From: an uncultured bacterium | Lineage (GTDB): Bacteria > Cyanobacteriota > Vampirovibrionia > Gastranaerophilales > Gastranaerophilaceae | Assembly: GCA_950022495.1 (NCBI GenBank) | Contig: CATLLJ010000003.1 | Span: 12,277-76,276, forward strand | Direction of reading: 5' to 3' | Length of the DNA stretch: 64,000 nucleotides | In this document: positions 57,800 through 64,000 of the stretch, piece after piece | How positions within the stretch are numbered: position 1 is the first letter of the stretch | How the letters are laid out: each line of letters starts with the position of its first letter | Notes under the pieces: generated by a model | Told to the model about the DNA's origin: nothing | What the model saw: the letters and a program-made list of their open reading frames with translations, nothing else | Databases searched by the model: none | Position numbers and translations under genes: made by a program

Positions 57800-59138
57800 T
57801 CTCCATAACTTCAGTCATGCATTCTTTTGCTATATCAGTTACATAATCCATGTCTTCAGGCTGGATAATCAATGGCGGATTAAAATAAATTACATCCCCG
57901 AGCGGTCTGAGCAGTACGCCTTTTTTCAACGCCTTTTTATATATCTGATAACCTAAACGCAAATTTGATGGATAAGATTCTTTTGAGTTTTTATCCTTTA
58001 CTATTTCTATTGCATTTACAAGACCTATGTGGCGAATTTCTCCAACATAAGGCAAGTCTGCAAATTTATCATTAATAATTTTGTTAAAATATTTTGCATT
58101 TTCTACTGCTTTTTCAATAATTTTTTCATCTTCCAGTATATTTAACACTTCTATTGCCGCAGAACACGCAAGAGGGTTTCCTGCGTATGTGTGGCTGTGC
58201 ATAAAAGCTTTCCCTTTACCGTAATCATCATAAAATGCGTCGTAAATTGGTTGTGTTGTAACACAAATAGACATCGGCATATAACCGCCTGTTAATCCTT
58301 TTGAAAGACACATAATATCCGGTGATACTCCTGCGTGGTCAAATGCAAACATTTTGCCTGTACGTCCATAACCTGTGGCGATTTCGTCAGCAATAAGATG
58401 GACATTATACTTGTCACATAGTGCACGTAATTTTTTCAAATAAAGCGGCGGATAGATTTTCATACCAGCTGAACCTTGTAAAAGCGGTTCGACAAGCATT
58501 GCACAGGTTTCATCTCCGTATTGTGCAAATGTCTGTTCTGCTTTTTCAAAACATTCACAATTACAGTTATCGCGGCATTTACCATACGGACATCTGAAAC
58601 AGTCCGGACCTTGAACTCTTACAACATCCATTAAAATCGGCTTGTAAATTTCAGAATATAGATCACATGCCCCGACGGATAGTGCACCTATTGTTTCTCC
58701 GTGGTAAGCATCTGATAATGCCATAAAGCGTTTTTTCTTTGTGTTTCCTGTCTGCTGGTGGTATTGAAAACTCATTTTCATTGCCATTTCAATTGATGCT
58801 GAACCATTGTCTGCAAAGTTAAATTTGCATAAACCTTCTGGTAAAACTTTCATTAGTTTCTGGCATAAAGTTATTGCAGTTTTGTGTGTAAAATTTGCAA
58901 AAATAACGTGTTCTAGTGTGTCTAACTGCTTTTTCATTGCGTTATTTATTCGAGGATTGCAGTGTCCTAAGAGGTTGCACCACCACGAACTTATTACATC
59001 TTTATAGCAATTCCCGTCAATGTCATATAAGTTTATGCCTTTTGCGTGGTCAACTACAATAGGCGGAAGTGTTTCGTAGTCTTTCATTTGTGAACACGGG
59101 TGCCATATATATTTTAAATCTTCTTCCTGCCAATTCAT
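57789..59138 (-). CDS. bioA: adenosylmethionine-8-amino-7-oxononanoate aminotransferase
   Basis: 449-aa class III aminotransferase with DEIATGYGRTGKMFA and LSKGLTGGY (PLP lysine). It is coupled to bioD by a TAATG overlap. Confidence 0.9.
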   Translation of the reverse strand: MNWQEEDLKYIWHPCSQMKDYETLPPIVVDHAKGINLYDIDGNCYKDVISSWWCNLLGHCNPRINNAMKKQLDTLEHVIFANFTHKTAITLCQKLMKVLPEGLCKFNFADNGSASIEMAMKMSFQYHQQTGNTKKKRFMALSDAYHGETIGALSVGACDLYSEIYKPILMDVVRVQGPDCFRCPYGKCRDNCNCECFEKAEQTFAQYGDETCAMLVEPLLQGSAGMKIYPPLYLKKLRALCDKYNVHLIADEIATGYGRTGKMFAFDHAGVSPDIMCLSKGLTGGYMPMSICVTTQPIYDAFYDDYGKGKAFMHSHTYAGNPLACSAAIEVLNILEDEKIIEKAVENAKYFNKIINDKFADLPYVGEIRHIGLVNAIEIVKDKNSKESYPSNLRLGYQIYKKALKKGVLLRPLGDVIYFNPPLIIQPEDMDYVTDIAKECMTEVMENMI

Positions 59139-59839
59139 TATATACCTTCTTTCGGGATAAATAATCCTATTAAATTTTCTTTCGTGATGTTTAAGTCAGT
59201 ATCGCCTTTCGTAACTGTTGCAATTACTTTTACTCCGGTTAGGGCTTCGACTTGTGTTTTGTTATCTATGTGCATAAAATCATTTTTGTCATAGTTGTTT
59301 AAAATAATCCCGAGGATATTAAGTCCTCGTGTTTTTGCATATTCAATTGTAAGCAGAACCGAATTTATTGTGCCTAAACCTCCGTCAGCTACAACTACTA
59401 TGCCTAAATCTAAAGCTTTTATAATATCGGGAAGCAGTATTTGTTTGTTGTTTAAATTAAATGGACATGTAATGCCTCCGGCTCCTTCAACTATCATATA
59501 ATCATAATTTTCAGACTTTTTCTTATAGTCAGATTTGATTTTTTCGATATCAATATCAACCCCGAGTCTGGCCGCTGCAAGATGCGGCGAAACTGCTTCT
59601 TCAAAACAATAAGTAACACAGTCTTCCGGTTTAACTTTTAATCCTGCTGTTTGTATTACAAAATCACAATCGCCGGGTAAAAGGCGGCCGTCTGATTGTC
59701 TGATGGCTCCGCTTAGTGCAGGTTTATAGTAGCCGCAGTTTAGTTCAAAATCTTTCATTTTTTTTACAAGTAATCCTGATACATAAGTTTTTCCTATATC
59801 AGTACCTGTTGCTGTTATAAATATTGATTTACAACTCAT
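59138..59839 (-). CDS. bioD: dethiobiotin synthase
   Basis: IFITATGTDIGKTYVSGLL P-loop, YYKP and IVEGAGG blocks. Confidence 0.9.
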   Translation of the reverse strand: MSCKSIFITATGTDIGKTYVSGLLVKKMKDFELNCGYYKPALSGAIRQSDGRLLPGDCDFVIQTAGLKVKPEDCVTYCFEEAVSPHLAAARLGVDIDIEKIKSDYKKKSENYDYMIVEGAGGITCPFNLNNKQILLPDIIKALDLGIVVVADGGLGTINSVLLTIEYAKTRGLNILGIILNNYDKNDFMHIDNKTQVEALTGVKVIATVTKGDTDLNITKENLIGLFIPKEGI

Positions 59840-59861
59840 ATCCCATACCTCTTAAAATAAC

Positions 59862-59888
59862 AAAGCGATGACATTTGTCATCGCTTTT
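59862..59888 (-). terminator. rho-independent terminator after the TpsB-like gene
   Basis: The minus strand reads AAAAGCGATGAC-aaat-GTCATCGCTTT followed by GTTATTTT. Confidence 0.6.
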
Positions 59889-59914
59889 ATTATATATCAA
59901 AAATATTAAACAAA

Positions 59915-61972
59915 TTATAATGAAGTTGCAGAACCGTCTAACAAGTAGTCATAGTGTCTGATATCATCATAGTTGTTTGGTCCTGCCGGTTCAATCGGAG
60001 CTGGCTGCTGCGGTTGAGGTTGTGGAGCAGCAGGCTGAATTGGTTGTGCTTTTGTTGAACGTTTGCTTAACAATGCATCAAAATCAGGTTCAAGAGTCAA
60101 TTCAAAGTGGAAACGACCCATGTGTCTGTGTTGTTCGTAAGCATTGTTAATTAGAGGATAGCCCCAGTATAAACGAGCACTTAAGTCACCTGGAAGCTGT
60201 ACTCTGACACCCATACCAACAGAAGCTAAGAAGTAACTTCCGCCGTATAAATCTTCACCTACATAAGGGAAAATTCCTGCTGTATCAGCAAATAATGCAC
60301 CTTTTAGGTATTGACCAACGAAGCTGTGTCTTTCACCATCTTTACCGGCAATTGTTCTAGGTAATAGAGGGAACATTAATTCTCCGCTGAAGAAGTAACC
60401 GCTCTTACCGAGCATAACACCTTCAGAATAACCTCTAACTGTAGCTAAACCACCTGATTGGAATTGATCAAGGTATGGAATGTGTTTACTGTTAGGAATT
60501 ACTTGATAACTACCTCTTAATTGGCCGATTACACCGTGAGAGAAGTCGTGAAGTCTTAACACACCACCGCTCATTTTAAAATAACTTGATTCGCTATCAA
60601 AGATTGGTATAGCCATTGCTGCCATTTGGTTTGCATACCAGATACCGCGTTTAGTATCTTTTCTCATATTCAAACCTACATCAATACTTGTTACCTGATC
60701 TGTATTTTTAATCGGGTCATCAATACTTACACCGGCAATATCTGATAAAATATTACCTAAGTTTGACCAGCTTCTTGAACGTTTGTAATTTAAGGATGCG
60801 TAAGATTTTAATTCAAATCCTCTGTTTCTTACAAGTGGTTGATCATAGTACAAACTGTAGATATATGAATTACTTTTTAATCCCATCCAGTTGTATGGAC
60901 CATTTTTGATTTTAGCAAAGGTTGAGGAGTAAGAGAAACCTACTCTACCGTCTTTTTTGTTAACAGGTACGCTGTAATCAAAGAATGGGCTGATTGCACC
61001 TTTAGAGAAGTATGTACCTAAAGACATCTGGTCTCTATGGTGGAATAAACTATCTGCAACAATAGCAGGACCGCCTCTTAATTGACCGGTACTTCTACGA
61101 CCTGCATTATCCATCATACCGATTAAGTGGAATGGGAATGTTTCTTGAGCAACAAGTTCAATATCAGTTGTACCCGGTTGTTCACCTGCTTTTAAGTTTG
61201 CAGCAAGGTTTACACCTTCGTGATATCTGTTAAAGTCTAAAACATCTTGTTCTAAGCTGACGATGTCAAATAATTCACCTGATTTTTCAGGCATACGTTT
61301 AAGAATGTAACCGTCAGTTGTGTATTTGTTATTTACAACTGAAACATTACCGATTTTACTTTCAATAAGTTCAATTCTAATGTTGCCGTTAGAAACTGTT
61401 TGTTCCGGTAAATATGCTCTAGCTGTAACATATCCGCGTTCTGCGTATAAATTATTCAATGCGTTGATTGCATTTTGAATATCAGACATAAATACGTTAC
61501 GTCCTACATATTGTCCGATTACATTGTTAATATCTTCTCTTGTTAAAATTTCAGAAGGAGAAACTTCTATTGAGTTAACATAAACACCTTTTGAGCCGAT
61601 TTCATCAACTGTTGCCTTTAAATAGTCAGGCATACTGTTAGGTGCAGCATAATTGGTTACCGGAGAACCTCCTGTACCATATCTTTTTTGTTCATATTGA
61701 TAATAATCACTTTCGCCGCGGCGTTGATTTTTATCATATCTCATCATATCTGTATCGTGAATAGTAGCACCGCCGACTTCGTGCATAATTTGAACTCCTC
61801 TGGAGTAAAGTCCTGAACCTCCAGGAATAAGTCCTGATGGGGCACCTCCTTCAGGGGCTGCTATTGCCGGAGACATAAGTCCAGAAGTAGATAAAGCACA
61901 AATTGCTGATGCGGCCAACACCATACTTAGTAATCGATTACTTTTGTTTGTCTTTTTCATTGTCTTATTCAC
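59915..61972 (-). CDS. ShlB/FhaC/HecB-family (TpsB-type) outer-membrane transporter with POTRA domain and a Pro/Gln-rich C-terminal tail
   Basis: Signal peptide. POTRA-like block (IEVSPSEILTREDINNVIGQYVGRNVFMSDIQNAINALNNLYAERGYVTARAYLPEQ...IRIELIESKIG). The beta-barrel ends ...GRFHFELTLEPDF and is followed by about 60 aa that include AQPIQPAAPQPQPQQPAPIEPAGP. Confidence 0.7.
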   Translation of the reverse strand: MNKTMKKTNKSNRLLSMVLAASAICALSTSGLMSPAIAAPEGGAPSGLIPGGSGLYSRGVQIMHEVGGATIHDTDMMRYDKNQRRGESDYYQYEQKRYGTGGSPVTNYAAPNSMPDYLKATVDEIGSKGVYVNSIEVSPSEILTREDINNVIGQYVGRNVFMSDIQNAINALNNLYAERGYVTARAYLPEQTVSNGNIRIELIESKIGNVSVVNNKYTTDGYILKRMPEKSGELFDIVSLEQDVLDFNRYHEGVNLAANLKAGEQPGTTDIELVAQETFPFHLIGMMDNAGRRSTGQLRGGPAIVADSLFHHRDQMSLGTYFSKGAISPFFDYSVPVNKKDGRVGFSYSSTFAKIKNGPYNWMGLKSNSYIYSLYYDQPLVRNRGFELKSYASLNYKRSRSWSNLGNILSDIAGVSIDDPIKNTDQVTSIDVGLNMRKDTKRGIWYANQMAAMAIPIFDSESSYFKMSGGVLRLHDFSHGVIGQLRGSYQVIPNSKHIPYLDQFQSGGLATVRGYSEGVMLGKSGYFFSGELMFPLLPRTIAGKDGERHSFVGQYLKGALFADTAGIFPYVGEDLYGGSYFLASVGMGVRVQLPGDLSARLYWGYPLINNAYEQHRHMGRFHFELTLEPDFDALLSKRSTKAQPIQPAAPQPQPQQPAPIEPAGPNNYDDIRHYDYLLDGSATSL

Positions 61973-62231
61973 CTTCTATTAATTATTTATATATCTATAC
62001 GTATATCTATTTTTATATCTAAGATTATTGTCCAACGATGGTTGTAAAATAAAAACCTTTTTACTAATTTTGTTACAAAGATTTTACAAAAAGTATATTA
62101 TTTTACACTACAATATTATACAGAATTTTGATTACTGTGTAAAGATGTTACAGAAAAAATAAACCATTTGGATTACTATGCATGAAATATAAATTTGTGC
62201 TATTATAATCATTGTTAAAAGGAGATATATT

Positions 62232-62687
62232 ATGAGAAAAAATTTTGGTATGTTAACTGCAGTATTTGCAGTACTTTTAGGATTATCTTTTGGTTCTTCA
62301 GCAATGGCAGAAGGTTTTTCTGTAGCTATCGTTGATGTTCCTCAAGTTGTAAACGCTTCAGCTAAAGTTCAAGCTCTTAAGAAAGAACAACAGGCAAAAG
62401 CAGAAGAAATTGTTAAATTTATCGAAAAAGCTAGAAAAGATGTTTCTTCTATAACTGATGCAAACAAGAAAAAAGCTGCAGAAGAAAAATATAATAAAGA
62501 ATTGTTAGCTAAAAAAGAAAAAATGGAACAAGATTATGCTGCTAAATTAAAAGAACTTGATGCTTCAATTTCACAACAAATTTCAGCAAAAGCTCAGGCT
62601 GACGGTTATGATGTTGTATTGAGCAAGGGTATTGTTTTATACGGTGGTAAAGATATTACAGCTGAAATTATTAAAGTTGTTAAATAA
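62232..62687 (+). CDS. skp: OmpH/Skp-family periplasmic chaperone
   Basis: Signal peptide, then VAIVDVPQVVNAS and a long charged helical hairpin region. 151 aa. Confidence 0.75.
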   Translation: MRKNFGMLTAVFAVLLGLSFGSSAMAEGFSVAIVDVPQVVNASAKVQALKKEQQAKAEEIVKFIEKARKDVSSITDANKKKAAEEKYNKELLAKKEKMEQDYAAKLKELDASISQQISAKAQADGYDVVLSKGIVLYGGKDITAEIIKVVK

Positions 62688-62703
62688 TTTTTATTTCACA
62701 ATA

Positions 62704-62740
62704 AAAAAGAAACCCTCTCATTTGAGAGGGTTTCTTTTTG
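62704..62740. terminator. bidirectional terminator
   Basis: AAAAAGAAACCCTCTCA-tt-TGAGAGGGTTTCTTTTT between convergent genes. Confidence 0.75.
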
Positions 62741-62741
62741 G

Positions 62742-64000
62742 TTAAATATCTCTATAAGAGCCTGCAAATTTGTCGGAATATACCGTATGCAGAATTTCGT
62801 GTGCTTTATGAGAATTTGGATGTTCCAAATATTCTTGGTAAAGTTTTTGAATTGAAGGATTCATGTGTGATTTTCTGACCGGAAGTTCAGAATCTTCTTT
62901 ATATAAACCTTCTGCTCTTATTTGTTTAATTCTTGAATCATCACAGCTTCTTGGCTGACCTCCGCCATTTATACAGCCGCCCGGACAAGCCATTACTTCA
63001 AGCATTTGGAAATCTGCGGTACCATTTTTGATTTCCTGAATTGCTTTTTCTGCTTCAACAAGAGTTGAAACAACACGAACAACAAGTTTTGTTCCTTTTA
63101 CATCAAGCTCAATACTTCTTGAACGGTTTGAAGTACCTCTCATTTGTTTAATATCAACGTCATTAAGTTGTTCGCCTGTTGCAAATTCATAAGCTGTACG
63201 AACTGCAGCTTCTGCAACACCGCCGGAAGCTCCAAAAATTGTTCCGGCTCCGGTGTATTCACCGAACGGAGAATCATTTGCTTCAGGTGTTAATGATTTA
63301 AAATCAATACCTGCTGATTTAATCATTTTACCTAATTCCTGAGTTGTTATTACATAATCAGTATCCGGTCTGCCATCTCTGTACATTTCAGGACGTTTGC
63401 ATTCGTATTTCTTAGCTGTACAAGGCATTACAGCAACAACAACAAGATTTTCTCTATCTACATTAAAGTTTTTAGGAACTAAATCAACCAACACCGGTGA
63501 CAACATACTCATTGGAGATTTACAGCTTGATAAATGATGAAGCATATTAGGGTGAGCTGTTTCTAAATATTTAATCCATGCAGGACAGCAAGATGTAAAT
63601 AGCGGTAAGTTTTTACCTGATTTTAATCTTTCTAAAAATTCTGTAGCTTCTTCCATAATTGTTAAGTCAGCAGAGAAATTAGTATCAAATACAAGGTTAA
63701 AACCAATTTTTCTTAATGCTGCATTCATAAGTCCGATAGTATTTTCGCCGGCAGGAAGTCCAAACATTTCGCCTAAAGCAACACGGGTCGCAGGAGCCAT
63801 TTGAACAACAACAGTTTTGTTTGGATTAGTAATTTCAGCCCAAACTTTATCTGTTTCATCTTTAATAGTTAAAGCACCGGTCGGACAAACTGCTGCACAC
63901 TGACCGCAATTTACACAGTCAACCTGCCCTAAAGGTCTGCCGCCCATAGGTTGAACAACAGTTTTAGAACCGCGATTTGCAAAACCTAATACAGAGTGAC
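62742..64000 (-). CDS. hydA: [FeFe] hydrogenase catalytic subunit, C-terminal part (gene continues past the right edge)
   Basis: H-cluster motifs TSCCPAW, MPCTAKK and CPGGCINGGGQP, a ferredoxin-type CxxCxxCxxxCP, and a C-terminal small-subunit-like tail. The frame stays open upstream of the track start (…HSVLGFANRGSKTVVQPMGG…). Confidence 0.9.
   Translation of the reverse strand, partial: HSVLGFANRGSKTVVQPMGGRPLGQVDCVNCGQCAAVCPTGALTIKDETDKVWAEITNPNKTVVVQMAPATRVALGEMFGLPAGENTIGLMNAALRKIGFNLVFDTNFSADLTIMEEATEFLERLKSGKNLPLFTSCCPAWIKYLETAHPNMLHHLSSCKSPMSMLSPVLVDLVPKNFNVDRENLVVVAVMPCTAKKYECKRPEMYRDGRPDTDYVITTQELGKMIKSAGIDFKSLTPEANDSPFGEYTGAGTIFGASGGVAEAAVRTAYEFATGEQLNDVDIKQMRGTSNRSRSIELDVKGTKLVVRVVSTLVEAEKAIQEIKNGTADFQMLEVMACPGGCINGGGQPRSCDDSRIKQIRAEGLYKEDSELPVRKSHMNPSIQKLYQEYLEHPNSHKAHEILHTVYSDKFAGSYRDI

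Overview
This is an AT-rich (about 30% GC by eye), densely coding bacterial chromosomal segment. I had no search tools, so all product calls rest on my own reading of the ORF-track translations and of the DNA. The gene content points to a fermentative diderm. It includes lipid A/LPS genes (lpxI, lpxB, kdsB, an LptD-like barrel, an MlaD-like protein, Skp, a TpsB/ShlB-type barrel), an [FeFe] hydrogenase, and a response regulator very close to cyanobacterial RpaB. It also includes three scattered prepilin-type proteins, which together fit a non-photosynthetic cyanobacterial relative (Melainabacteria/Gastranaerophilales type); this placement is inference only. Most of the window is housekeeping: ybeY, pgpH, murT, pdxJ, an M23 peptidase, a dGTPase-like gene, xerD, bioB, bioA and bioD. 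It also carries alaS, dut, clpB, recR, ybaB, accD, accA, prmA, obg, folP, tRNA-Arg(UCU) and tRNA-His(GUG). No CRISPR array, IS element or prophage was seen. The most interesting locus is the convergent intergenic region at 57313-57799. A 28-bp site that closely matches the classical XerC/XerD dif site faces a second dif-like site in inverted orientation, with identical central regions and a perfect 16-bp inverted repeat. Together they enclose a 431-bp ORF-free cargo of about 45-50% GC that is packed with long perfect helices. This looks like a dif-module or Xer-invertible element sitting at the probable replication terminus. Other leads are listed here.
- A prepilin gene is frame-broken by a G9 tract directly after a strong RBS and ATG (possible phase variation).
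- Two diverged tandem paralogs each sit behind a much better conserved noncoding block (CU-rich anti-SD-like tract plus terminator hairpin).
- An EndoQ-like PHP nuclease is fused to a UvrD-type helicase.
- A pair of related GC-rich hairpins at about 18.1 kb shares 10-11-nt motifs with the dif-flanked cargo.
- Several short ORFs are missing from the track.
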